NCBI GenBank assembly: GCA_964620245.1
Contig: CAZUJC010000002.1
Coordinates: 68 to 64,067, forward strand
Direction: 5' to 3'
Origin: an uncultured Pseudomonadota bacterium
Lineage (GTDB): Bacteria > Babelota > Babeliae > Babelales > JACPOV01
Length of the DNA: 64,000 nt
The translations under genes and the position numbers were made by a program. The notes under the pieces were generated by a model, which saw only the letters and a list, made by a program, of their open reading frames with translations, did not search any database and was not told the DNA's origin. Every line of letters starts with the position of its first letter. The first letter of the stretch is position 1. Positions 37,980-46,804 of this stretch are shown here, piece by piece.

Positions 37980-40700
37980 CTACCCTTGTTGTTGAATGTG
38001 AATGGTGCTTCCTTGTGGCCCTTTTTCTATGTGAAAATGCACAGGAAACTGTTCTTTCATCGCGGGAAGATGCGAAACAATAATTATTTTTTCAAAATGA
38101 TCTTGAATTTTTAACAACGCATCACACATATGCGTAATTCCTTCATCATCTTGCGAACCAAATCCTTCATCGATGATCAGTGTTTGCAAAGAAGTGCCTG
38201 CGCGCCGTGCTAACAGTTTTGAAATAGCGATGCGGAGTGCAAAATCGATTCTAAATGCCTCTCCCCCAGAAAAAAGCTCATACGGTCGAATCCCGAGCGG
38301 ATCGGAAATTTTAATATCGAGCGTTTCTTTGGTTCCACCCTTTTTTAAATCGCGTAACGAATCGATGATAATGTGTGCCTGATTGTGCGTGAGTTGGGCA
38401 AGCAATTGATTTGCTTCATATTCAATTTCGGGCAATGCATCTTCAATGAGCAGCGCCTGAATGCCTTCTTTTCCACACGCAGTTGCAATTTGTTGATAAT
38501 CGTCAACAAAGGTAAGTAATTCTGTGCGTTTCTCTTCGTATGTGCGCATCTCATTTTTTACGTGTACGAATTTACTTAATTCGTTGTTCAGTTGTCCTTT
38601 TTGCTGCAAAAGTAGTTCTTTTGTTGCGGTCAAATTTTTGTGTTGTTCGCGCAATGTTTTTTCATGCGCCAATTGTTGCACATAGTTTTGTTTTTCTGCG
38701 CGCAGCAATGCATTGTCCTTACTCAATTGGTGAATTTGTTTTTTGATGATTTTAAGTTGTTTGCACAACGCGCTGATAAATTCTGTTCGTTCGTGCTGCA
38801 AAGCATATTGTCCAACTAAATGTTGATAATGTGCAAACTGTGCGTGCGCTTCTTTAAGTTTGTTGGCAGTTTGTTCATGTGCTTTTTGATCATAATTAAG
38901 GGTGTGTAATTGTAATTCAACAGCACGAATCGATGTGCACACTTCTTTATGTGCGGCATCATTTTCAAGCAGAGCGGCAAATGTATTCTCTAAATGAAGC
39001 AGTTCCTGCTGATGTTGCTTAATAACACTTTCAAGTTCACTCAGTTCTTGTGTATTTTTTTTGGCTGCAAGCATGAACTCGCCAAGGGGTACGGTGCAGT
39101 GTGCCAGCTGCTCGCGTGAACTGAGTAACGAAGTTTCAAAATGCTTTTTTTCTTGGATGTTTTGCTGCAGCGCAGACACTTCTTTGTGTTGATCGATTAA
39201 TATTTTTTTAAGTTTGGTAAGTACGGCGCTCAACCGGTGTGCACGTTTCGTTAAAAATTGATCGTGACCTGCTAATTTATTTCGCAGAAAGCGTTTGCGC
39301 GCTGCCGACAGATTTTGCTCGCACAGTGGACAACTTGGATTGGTGGTATCGCTTGTCATTTCTTTTTTTTGTTCGATCTCTTTTAATTCACCTTTGATGC
39401 GGTCAAGTTGTGCTGCCCACTGATAATAATGTTCTTTTCGTTTTTCAAATTGCTGCGCTGTCGTTTTTTGATTCTCTATTTTTTTTGTGCATACAGTGAG
39501 ATTGCTTTCGTGCTGCGCAACTGCTTGCTGCAATTCATTTATTTTTTGTTCAAGATGTTGTTGCTGCTGTTGTGCAAGCATGCACGCTGTTTTTTTCTCT
39601 TGAAACGTGATCATGAGTTGATCAAGAGCACGTTGTTTTACTGCGCGTTGTTCATTAAAGTTTTTTTGAATGAGTTGTGCTATCTGCTGTTGTTGTTCTT
39701 TGAGTGACACGATTGTTTTATTGAGCGCAATGTGTTGCTGGACACTCTGTTGGAACTGCTCTGATTGCTGCGTGAGTTGTGCAATTTGTGTTTGCAGTGA
39801 CGAAATATCGGCCAGTTTTTTTTGTTCACGATTTATTGAGCGCCATTGAGCAAAAAGAGTAGTTAATTTGTTTTGATACTCAATCTGTTCGTTGCTGTAT
39901 TGTTTGAGTTCATAAGAAAGCCGGTGTTCTTGTTGCTCAACTGCTTGGAGTTGATCTTGTAACGCCCGAATTTGATTAAATTCATGTTCAAGTGCAGTAA
40001 ATTCATTCTCCAGAACCGTTAACTGCTCACTCACCGTTTGCAGTTGTTGGGTAACCAGCGGTTCTTGTTGCAGTTGTGCAGTATGGTGCGTTTGCAGTTG
40101 ATCAATGCAGGCAAGATCGGTTGCTGCTTGTTTAATTTTGCCCAGTGCTGCCGTGCGCAACTGCTCGTACTGATTCAAGCGCAAAATGGAAGCCAAAATA
40201 TCTTTTCGTTCCTTTGGTGTTTTTTTTGAAAATTCGTTTGATTGCCCTTGGCGCAAAAATGCTGAATTAACAAACGAATCAAAATCAAGCCCTATGAGCT
40301 GTTCAATTTTTTCTTGTGTTGCACGAATTGTTTTATCGGTAAATGGATGAACTTTTTTTGAATCGCGATCAATGAGTACAAAATCGAGTGCCGCGTACGG
40401 TTTGCCACTATTTTCTGCATATTCGCGTCGAATGCGATAGAGTTGGCCGTTAAATTGAAACTCAAAAACCACGAGCATCTGTGTTTGTCCAAGCCGTAAT
40501 AAATGTGCATCAGGTTTTGCAGCGCCCGAAATTTTGCGCGCTTGCCCCCACACAGCCCAGGTGATCGCATCCAACAGTGCCGATTTACCGTGACCATTTT
40601 TGCCGTTTAAGCAAATGAGGTGGTACGGTGCAAAATCGATTGTTTGCAGCGTCGGTCCGTAACTTAAAAAATTTTTGAGTTGTAGTTTTAGTGGAATCAT
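37980..40700 (-). CDS. sbcC: SbcC/Rad50-family SMC-like ATPase (DNA double-strand-break repair nuclease subunit)
   Basis: Walker A GKNGHGKSALLDAITWAVWG, a very long Q/E/L-rich coiled coil, a central zinc hook NPSCPLCEQ, the signature LFSGGEAFRIDFALRIA, Walker B LQTLIIDEGFGSQD and D-loop/His IIIVSH. ATG 40700 is preferred over TTG 40718. Confidence 0.85.
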   Translation of the reverse strand: MIPLKLQLKNFLSYGPTLQTIDFAPYHLICLNGKNGHGKSALLDAITWAVWGQARKISGAAKPDAHLLRLGQTQMLVVFEFQFNGQLYRIRREYAENSGKPYAALDFVLIDRDSKKVHPFTDKTIRATQEKIEQLIGLDFDSFVNSAFLRQGQSNEFSKKTPKERKDILASILRLNQYEQLRTAALGKIKQAATDLACIDQLQTHHTAQLQQEPLVTQQLQTVSEQLTVLENEFTALEHEFNQIRALQDQLQAVEQQEHRLSYELKQYSNEQIEYQNKLTTLFAQWRSINREQKKLADISSLQTQIAQLTQQSEQFQQSVQQHIALNKTIVSLKEQQQQIAQLIQKNFNEQRAVKQRALDQLMITFQEKKTACMLAQQQQQHLEQKINELQQAVAQHESNLTVCTKKIENQKTTAQQFEKRKEHYYQWAAQLDRIKGELKEIEQKKEMTSDTTNPSCPLCEQNLSAARKRFLRNKLAGHDQFLTKRAHRLSAVLTKLKKILIDQHKEVSALQQNIQEKKHFETSLLSSREQLAHCTVPLGEFMLAAKKNTQELSELESVIKQHQQELLHLENTFAALLENDAAHKEVCTSIRAVELQLHTLNYDQKAHEQTANKLKEAHAQFAHYQHLVGQYALQHERTEFISALCKQLKIIKKQIHQLSKDNALLRAEKQNYVQQLAHEKTLREQHKNLTATKELLLQQKGQLNNELSKFVHVKNEMRTYEEKRTELLTFVDDYQQIATACGKEGIQALLIEDALPEIEYEANQLLAQLTHNQAHIIIDSLRDLKKGGTKETLDIKISDPLGIRPYELFSGGEAFRIDFALRIAISKLLARRAGTSLQTLIIDEGFGSQDDEGITHMCDALLKIQDHFEKIIIVSHLPAMKEQFPVHFHIEKGPQGSTIHIQQQG

Positions 40701-40789
40701 GAGCGTTAGTTTACTCAAAGGAGTTCAGGGTGGCAATCATCGCAAAGAATAGTACTAACGGCAAAGTGCGGTAAAAATCATGTGTCCAG

Positions 40790-40817
40790 TTGCATTTAGT
40801 GCTGATTGCGTTACGAT
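40790..40817 (+). promoter_or_regulatory. Candidate sigma70-type promoter for the phosphohexomutase-nfo-gap cluster
   Basis: TTGCAT (40790-40795), 16-nt spacer, TACGAT (40812-40817), 33 nt upstream of ATG 40850. Confidence 0.3.
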
Positions 40818-40849
40818 GAATAAAAAGATACGTGAAAAGGCGATTGAGC

Positions 40850-42253
40850 ATGAATGATATAATTTTTCGGCAGTATGATATTCGTGGCAAAGTAGGCAGT
40901 GAAATGTCGGTTGATGAGACATTTGCAATTGCGCAGGCTATAGCTTTCTATTTTATTCAGAAAAATCCTCACATGAAAACAGTGGCAGTTGGTGCCGATG
41001 GTCGCACTCATTCGCCAGAAATCAAAGAACGGGTGTGTAGCGCTTTGACTGAAAGTGGCCTTAATGTGGTGTTTGTTGGCGTATGCCCAACGCCGGTGCT
41101 CTATTTTGCTCTTTTTACGCTTCCCGTTGATGCTGGAATTATGATTACCGCTTCACACAATGGCCCTGAATATAATGGGCTCAAGATATGTTTGGGTAAA
41201 GAATCGGTGTGGGGTGAGCAAATTCAAGAAATAAAAAAAATGGTAAAAACAGGCCAGCAAGTAGAAAATGCTGCTCCTGGAATGTATAAAGAAGAGATGC
41301 TCATTCCTGCGTACATTGCATGGATGGTTGATCATTTTACGCATCTTAAAAATATGAATTTGAAAGCAGTGGTCGATTGCGGCAACGGTGCTGCCGGAAC
41401 GGTGCTACCTCAATTAATAAAAGCAATGAATTGGCCGCACATTAAATTGTTGCATGAAAAAGTAGATGGCACATACCCTAATCATGAAGCTGATCCTACG
41501 GTTGAAAAAAACATGCAGGATGTCAAAAAAGTGCTTGAAACAACCGATACCCAGATTGGTCTTGGTTTGGATGGTGATTGTGATCGCATGGCGGCAATGA
41601 CAAAAAAAGGTGAATTGGTAGAAGGCGACAAACTTTTGGCACTCTTTGCAAAAGAAATTATTGCCGATCGACCTGGAGCCAAAATAGTTTTTGATATTAA
41701 GTGTTCATCTGGATTGGCTGAATTACTCACCGCTTGGGGTGCAGTACCCGTTATGTCACCTTCAGGACATTCAATTATTAAAGATCAGATGAAAAAAAAT
41801 AATGCATTGCTTGCGGGTGAACTCAGTTGTCATTTTTTCTTCAGCGATCGCTATTTTGGGTATGATGACGGCATTTATGCTATGATGCGACTTTTTGAAC
41901 TATTGGTGAAATCAAACAAAACACTTGATGAGTTGCTTGCCATTTTTCCTCAAAAGTACAGCACGCGTGAAATCCGTATTTCATGTGCACAACAAGAGTT
42001 GCCAAAAATTCTTTCTCATTTGCATAAAGAATTAACTGCGCGCTCCGATGCACAATTGATAACTATTGATGGTATTCGCGTTAGCTTTCCTCATGGTTGG
42101 GCAATTGTACGCCAATCGAATACGCAGCCGGTGATTTGTTTGCGTTTTGAAGGTAATTCGCCCTCCGAGCTTGATCGAATCAAAAAAGATTTTATCGCCT
42201 ATTTGCAGCCATTCATTAATCACGACATTTTAGAGCGCGAAATAGATCAATGA
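40850..42253 (+). CDS. Phosphomannomutase/phosphoglucomutase (alpha-D-phosphohexomutase superfamily)
   Basis: IFRQYDIRGKVG start, active-site loop ITASHNGPEYNGLKI, Mg loop GLGLDGDCDR, sugar loop GELSCH and phosphate loop RQSNTQP. ATG 40850 is preferred over GTG 40832. Confidence 0.85.
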   Translation: MNDIIFRQYDIRGKVGSEMSVDETFAIAQAIAFYFIQKNPHMKTVAVGADGRTHSPEIKERVCSALTESGLNVVFVGVCPTPVLYFALFTLPVDAGIMITASHNGPEYNGLKICLGKESVWGEQIQEIKKMVKTGQQVENAAPGMYKEEMLIPAYIAWMVDHFTHLKNMNLKAVVDCGNGAAGTVLPQLIKAMNWPHIKLLHEKVDGTYPNHEADPTVEKNMQDVKKVLETTDTQIGLGLDGDCDRMAAMTKKGELVEGDKLLALFAKEIIADRPGAKIVFDIKCSSGLAELLTAWGAVPVMSPSGHSIIKDQMKKNNALLAGELSCHFFFSDRYFGYDDGIYAMMRLFELLVKSNKTLDELLAIFPQKYSTREIRISCAQQELPKILSHLHKELTARSDAQLITIDGIRVSFPHGWAIVRQSNTQPVICLRFEGNSPSELDRIKKDFIAYLQPFINHDILEREIDQ

Positions 42254-43077
42254 AAACCGTTGGGTTACATCTGCGCATTTCAACTGATATTGAACAGGCC
42301 GTGCATGAAGCTCAGGCATTGGCTGTTGATTCATTTCAGTGTTTTTTGATAAATCAAACCACTAACCGCTACATTGATTGTGATGCCAAACCGGCACAAC
42401 AATTTCTTAAGATGCGTCAAAATTTTGGTGATTTGTATATTCATGGTTCGTACTGGATTAATTTAGGCGGCAAAGAAACGGCACATTCAGTTTCTTTTTT
42501 GCGGCGTGAAATTGAAATGGCAAAACGGTTACAATTTAACGCAATTGTTCTGCATCCGGGCAGTGCAACGGGTTGGACCGAGCGTCATGAAGGAATTGAA
42601 CAATTTGCACGTCTTTTTAATCCACTCTTAAAAGAAGAACATGAGTTGAAATTTATTCTTGAAAATACGGCACATGGTAATCGAACCATTGGCAGTGACC
42701 TGCATGATCTTAAAGCCATCTATGATCGATTGGAACATCCAGAGAAAGTCTCGTTTTGTATTGACACTGCCCATGCATTTGCATTTGGCTATGATATTGC
42801 GCAAGCGCAAGGCCAAGATGAATTTATTGAATCGATACAACAGACCATAGGTCTTGAGCGCATATCGCTTGTTCATTTGAATGACACGGATGAAATGTTA
42901 GGAACAAAAAAAGATAAACATCAACTATTGGGGCAGGGGCAACTTGGTGAATCGCTGGCACGTTTTGCGCAATTACCCGCTTTTAATACAGTACCAATAA
43001 TGCTTGAACTGCCGCAGATGAGTGTGCACGAACAAAAAAAAGAAATGATCTCGCTCGTGCGTAGTTGGAGCAAATAA
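42250..43077 (+). CDS. nfo: Endonuclease IV (AP endonuclease family 2)
   Basis: 275 aa. ..GLHLRIS.., ..IHGSYWINLG.., ..VLHPGS.., ..LENTAH.., ..CIDTAHAFAFGYD.. and ..HLNDT......KKDKHQ.LGQG.LG follow the Nfo metal-ligand pattern. The start overlaps the upstream stop. Confidence 0.88.
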   Translation: MKTVGLHLRISTDIEQAVHEAQALAVDSFQCFLINQTTNRYIDCDAKPAQQFLKMRQNFGDLYIHGSYWINLGGKETAHSVSFLRREIEMAKRLQFNAIVLHPGSATGWTERHEGIEQFARLFNPLLKEEHELKFILENTAHGNRTIGSDLHDLKAIYDRLEHPEKVSFCIDTAHAFAFGYDIAQAQGQDEFIESIQQTIGLERISLVHLNDTDEMLGTKKDKHQLLGQGQLGESLARFAQLPAFNTVPIMLELPQMSVHEQKKEMISLVRSWSK

Positions 43078-43103
43078 AAAAAATAAAAAAGGGAGAAGCA
43101 AAA

Positions 43104-44108
43104 ATGATACCACTAGCAATTAACGGATTCGGTCGCATTGGCAAAAGTTTTTTGCGCGTCTTGATGGCCGACTCTAAAGCACAAAAAAATATCTCAGTTG
43201 TTGCGATTAATATTGGTCCTGCCAAAATCGATTTGGTAGGCCATTTGTTTAAATATGATACTCTCATGGGAATTTTTCCGGGCACCGTTGAGCAGCGGGG
43301 CGATAAACTGATTGTTGATGGCCATACCATAAAGTTGTTGGCTTTTGCCGATCCGGCTCAATGTAATTGGAAAAAGCTTGGTGTTGAGTGGGTTGTTGAT
43401 TGTTCGGGAAAGTTTACGCATCGAGTTGACGCTGAGAAACATATAAAAGCTGGTGCGCGCAAAGTTCTCATCTCTGCCCCGGCAACGGACGAAGATGTGG
43501 CAATTATTCCTGGAGTAAATGATGAAATGTACAATGCAAAAAAACATGCGATCGTTTCGCTTGGAAGTTGCACCACCAATGCAGTGTTTCCAATGCTCAA
43601 AATTTTGCACGAATCGTGTGGTTTGCAATTTGCAATGATGCTTACCACTCATGCGTATACTAATTCGCAAGTGTTGCTTGATGTTGAAGCTAAAGATGCA
43701 CGATTATCCCGTGCGGCCGCTTTAAATATTATTCCAACATCGACTGGCGCATCAAAAATGATCCCTAAAATTATTCCAGCACTTGAAGGCAAAGTTGAAA
43801 TGTCTTCAATTCGCGTACCAGTTGGCAAAGTATCGTTAATCGAAATTACTGCAGCGCTTAGCAAGAAAATGTCGGTGCAACAGGTCAATAAGCATTTTGA
43901 GCAAGCTGCACGCAGCAAACTCAAAAATAGTGTGCAGTTTACCACGGAACAACTCGTTTCAAGCGACTTTAGCAATAATCCCTCTTCGGTAATTATTGAC
44001 AGTTTATTGACTAAATCAGTGGGCAATTTAGTATCGGTATTTGGATGGTACGATAATGAGTGGGGCTACAGTTGCCGCTTGAAAGATTTTCTACTGGGTG
44101 TGCGCTAG
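43104..44108 (+). CDS. gap: Glyceraldehyde-3-phosphate dehydrogenase
   Basis: AINGFGRIGKSFLRV (NAD-binding), catalytic SLGSCTTNAV and C-terminal WYDNEWGYS. ATG 43104 follows a GGGAGA SD; the ORF-track start at 43065 overlaps nfo. Confidence 0.93.
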   Translation: MIPLAINGFGRIGKSFLRVLMADSKAQKNISVVAINIGPAKIDLVGHLFKYDTLMGIFPGTVEQRGDKLIVDGHTIKLLAFADPAQCNWKKLGVEWVVDCSGKFTHRVDAEKHIKAGARKVLISAPATDEDVAIIPGVNDEMYNAKKHAIVSLGSCTTNAVFPMLKILHESCGLQFAMMLTTHAYTNSQVLLDVEAKDARLSRAAALNIIPTSTGASKMIPKIIPALEGKVEMSSIRVPVGKVSLIEITAALSKKMSVQQVNKHFEQAARSKLKNSVQFTTEQLVSSDFSNNPSSVIIDSLLTKSVGNLVSVFGWYDNEWGYSCRLKDFLLGVR

Positions 44109-44145
44109 GTTTTTATACGAGCCCAATTGCATAAGCCATCGTGCT

Positions 44146-44173
44146 TGTTTAAGCAATAATATTGCGTTATAAT
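44146..44173 (+). promoter_or_regulatory. Candidate promoter for the tRNA(CAU) gene
   Basis: TTGTTT (44146-44151), 16-nt spacer, consensus TATAAT (44168-44173), 33 nt upstream of the tRNA 5' end. Confidence 0.35.
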
Positions 44174-44205
44174 ACGTAAGATTTCTATGAAAAAAATGTT
44201 AACGC

Positions 44206-44281
44206 GGGCCCATAGCTCAGCGGTGAGAGCAATCGGCTCATAACCGAGAGGTCCCAGGTTCGAATCCTGGTGGGCCCACCA
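44206..44281 (+). tRNA. tRNA with anticodon CAU; probably tRNA-Ile2 (lysidine-modified), not initiator
   Basis: Hand-folded cloverleaf of 76 nt: acceptor GGGCCCA/TGGGCCC, D arm GCTC-AGCGGTGA-GAGC, anticodon arm ATCGG-CTCATAA-CCGAG, variable loop AGGTC, T arm CCAGG-TTCGAAT-CCTGG, and encoded ACCA. The G1-C72 pair excludes an initiator. C4-G69 and C5-G68 are the E. coli TilS identity pairs. Confidence 0.85.
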
Positions 44282-44297
44282 CCAAAAAGGGTTACTT

Positions 44298-45035
44298 ATG
44301 AACGAGTACCCACTCCAAAGATTTATTGATCTCATTCAGTACGATCAATCAATTGTTAAGGTAGAAAAGGAAAAAGGGGAAATCGAACGGGAATTAAAAA
44401 AAGCCAAACACGAATTTGACGTTCTTCAAACAGGTCTTGAAAATGTAAAGCATCATGTGCATGAACTTCGCAAAGAGGTTGATGTTAAAGAACGTGAAAT
44501 GGCCGATCTTGAGTATCAAGAGAAAGAAAAGAAAAAAAAGCTTGAGGAAGTAAAAAATAATCGCGAATACGAATCGATCAAGCACGAAATAGAAGCAATT
44601 CAAAAAAAACAAGTAGGCTTTGAAGAAGGATTACTTGCCGCTTGGAAAAATTACGAAACGGCACAGCAAGAACTTGAACAAAAAAAAGAGTTTACTCAAA
44701 CTCGATGTGCGCAAATTGACCAATTTATGACCGAAACACTCCGCAAAGCTGCAACGCTTGATGAACACATCAAAGAATTAATGGCGGTGCGGGCCCAAAA
44801 AGAGGTTGGCATTCCAACAGAGTGGCTTGAAAAATATACCGCTATGCGGATGAAAGTTTCTAATCCGGTTGTCCCCGTTCAGCAAGATAGCTGTAGCGCC
44901 TGTTTTTATCGTATTTCACATAAAGATCTGCAAGAGTTACGAAAAGGTAAACTTATTTTGTGCCGGGACTGTTTTAGATTTTTATACATGGAGCGTGCAA
45001 TGAGTGCTCCATCGGATGATACGCAAGAATCATGA
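44298..45035 (+). CDS. Coiled-coil / C4 zinc-ribbon protein (COG1579, DUF164-like)
   Basis: 245 aa. A long heptad-rich region (..KEKGEIERELKKAKHEFDVLQTGLENVKHHVHELRKEV..) ends in SCSACFYRIS..(16)..CRDCFRFLY (CxxC..CxxC). Confidence 0.6.
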   Translation: MNEYPLQRFIDLIQYDQSIVKVEKEKGEIERELKKAKHEFDVLQTGLENVKHHVHELRKEVDVKEREMADLEYQEKEKKKKLEEVKNNREYESIKHEIEAIQKKQVGFEEGLLAAWKNYETAQQELEQKKEFTQTRCAQIDQFMTETLRKAATLDEHIKELMAVRAQKEVGIPTEWLEKYTAMRMKVSNPVVPVQQDSCSACFYRISHKDLQELRKGKLILCRDCFRFLYMERAMSAPSDDTQES

Positions 45036-45547
45036 AGCAGATGTCTCTTTTTTCTGATTGTTCACCAAGTTCAAAACCGATTGTAAAAAAGGGTGATGAA
45101 TGGCATCTATTTGTTGATGGTGCATCGCGCAAAAATCCTGGTGTTTCCGGGGCTGGAATTTTTCTGAAAAAAAATGATGAGCTCGTTAAAAAAGTGGGCT
45201 GCTATTTAGGACATAAAACAAATAATCAAGCTGAGTATTTTGGTTTGTTGCTTGGTATTTACTATTGCCGTAAGTTGGTCGAACCTGATGACATGATTTA
45301 CATTATGGCCGACTCTGAGCTTCTCATCAAACAGATGAAAGGCGAGTACCAAGTTAAAAATCAACAACTGAAAAAACTGTATGAATATGCGTGGGTGTTA
45401 CTGGCTCATTTGCGTTATTCATTTTGTCACATTAAACGAGAGTACAATGCCGACGCTGATGCGATGGCAAATGAAGGCATCGATAAAAGAAAGTCATTAC
45501 CAATAGAATTTGTAGCAATGCTAAAAGAACATGCCATCGAAATTTAA
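45032..45547 (+). CDS. rnhA: Ribonuclease H, type 1 (archaeal/actinobacterial-like RNase HI)
   Basis: 171 aa. DEDD catalytic set in context: LFVDGASRKNPG, NNQAEYFGLLLG, IMADSELLIKQM and NADADAMANEG. The start overlaps the upstream stop (ATGA). Confidence 0.78.
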   Translation: MKQMSLFSDCSPSSKPIVKKGDEWHLFVDGASRKNPGVSGAGIFLKKNDELVKKVGCYLGHKTNNQAEYFGLLLGIYYCRKLVEPDDMIYIMADSELLIKQMKGEYQVKNQQLKKLYEYAWVLLAHLRYSFCHIKREYNADADAMANEGIDKRKSLPIEFVAMLKEHAIEI

Positions 45548-46784
45548 TATATTCTCGTTGTTATTATTCGGTTCCGTTTTTATCACTGGAGATGTGCACG
45601 CGCGCATTCGATTTGGCCGAAAAAAAAATGATGCTTCGTTGGCTGTAGCCATTCAGCCAAAACCTGTTGAGACACTAAATCAAAATAATCTTGAACAAAT
45701 TGGTAAAAAAAACGGATCACCTTTAGTGCGCGTGTTGTTGGCGCAAAATGATCAATCTGCTCATGCACGATTCATCATTACATCAAAAAAAGGTTTCTTT
45801 TTTATTCCAGTGGACAGTGCGACGGCTGTAAAATACAATCATCGTGAAATTTCTATTACAAACGATTCACACTCTATTTTGATCAATCGAAAAAAAGTTA
45901 ACCATTTACGTTTTATAATTAAACCGATTGACGGTTATTTAAGCTTTGGGCACAAAGAGTACCACGGAAATTTTTTGATTGACTTGACGGATCAAAAAAT
46001 GCATCTGATTAATTGCATTGATTTGGAAGAATATGTGTATTCAGTGTTAAATTCTGAAAGTTGGCCTGGGTGGCCGCTTGAAGTAAATAAAGCGTTTGCA
46101 ATTGCATGCCGCAGTTATGCAATGAATAAAATGAATCAAGCAGGAAGCAAAAAAAATTTTCATATTAAAAACACCAATATTCATCAAACCTATAATGGTG
46201 TGCATGAAAGTGAAAAATTGCGCGAGGCAGTTGAGCAAACGCGTGGTTTAATTTTAACGCACCATAAAAAACCGATTGAAGCGATGTTTGATTCGTGCTG
46301 CGGAGGCATTATTCCTGCGCATATAGGCAGTATCGATTTTGTAAAAGCGCCTTATTTAGCACGGACAAAAGTGTGTACTTTTTGTAAGACGTGCAAAATC
46401 TATTCGTGGAAGATTGAATATCAACCGCATGAATTTGAAACATTGTTGCGTGCTGCGGGGCATGCGATAAAATCGATTAAAGATATTAAAGTGATCAAAT
46501 ACGATAAAGCAGGACTGGTTGAAAAAGTGCGAATTGTTGATGCTCATAAAACGGTTCATTTAACTGGTAAAGAATTGTATTCAGCATGCAGCAAAATTAA
46601 AAGTTTTTGTTTTAAAATTGAAAAAAATGGAAAAAAGATTTGCTTTTCTGGTCGCGGGTATGGGCACCAAGTTGGTATTTGCCAATGGGGAGCGCGTCGC
46701 ATGGTTGATGCAGGGCATCACTATAAATCAATCTTGCAATTTTATTATCCCGGCGCTACATTCATGCAATTGCAAACTAATTGA
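45531..46784 (+). CDS. SpoIID/LytB-domain protein (peptidoglycan lytic transglycosylase / amidase enhancer)
   Basis: 417 aa. Signal peptide MPSKFNIFSLLLFGSVFITGDVHA, then LEEYVYSVLNSESWPGWPLEVNKAFAIACRSYAM, IHQTYNG, TRGLILTHHKKPIEAMFDSCCGG and GYGHQVGICQWGA, which are SpoIID signature blocks. Confidence 0.8.
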   Translation: MPSKFNIFSLLLFGSVFITGDVHARIRFGRKKNDASLAVAIQPKPVETLNQNNLEQIGKKNGSPLVRVLLAQNDQSAHARFIITSKKGFFFIPVDSATAVKYNHREISITNDSHSILINRKKVNHLRFIIKPIDGYLSFGHKEYHGNFLIDLTDQKMHLINCIDLEEYVYSVLNSESWPGWPLEVNKAFAIACRSYAMNKMNQAGSKKNFHIKNTNIHQTYNGVHESEKLREAVEQTRGLILTHHKKPIEAMFDSCCGGIIPAHIGSIDFVKAPYLARTKVCTFCKTCKIYSWKIEYQPHEFETLLRAAGHAIKSIKDIKVIKYDKAGLVEKVRIVDAHKTVHLTGKELYSACSKIKSFCFKIEKNGKKICFSGRGYGHQVGICQWGARRMVDAGHHYKSILQFYYPGATFMQLQTN

Positions 46785-46804
46785 GCACAAAAGGGAGAAG
46801 TAGC

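Noticed and set aside
38500-40300. Long Q/L/E-rich, repeat-like DNA with multiple plus-strand ORFs (e.g. 39408-39707, 40038-40229)
   Set aside because: This is the coiled-coil region of sbcC on the minus strand. The plus-strand ORFs are low-complexity antisense artefacts (F/L/C-rich).
44105-44335. 76-aa minus-strand ORF
   Set aside because: It lies directly antisense to the tRNA(CAU) gene and the start of the COG1579 gene, so it is an artefact of the tRNA sequence.
44206-45035. tRNA genes as possible integration sites for genomic islands (checked downstream of all three tRNAs)
   Set aside because: No integrase, direct repeat of the tRNA 3' end, or phage or transposon gene follows any of them. 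The flanking genes are housekeeping (COG1579/rnhA, secD, pgsA).
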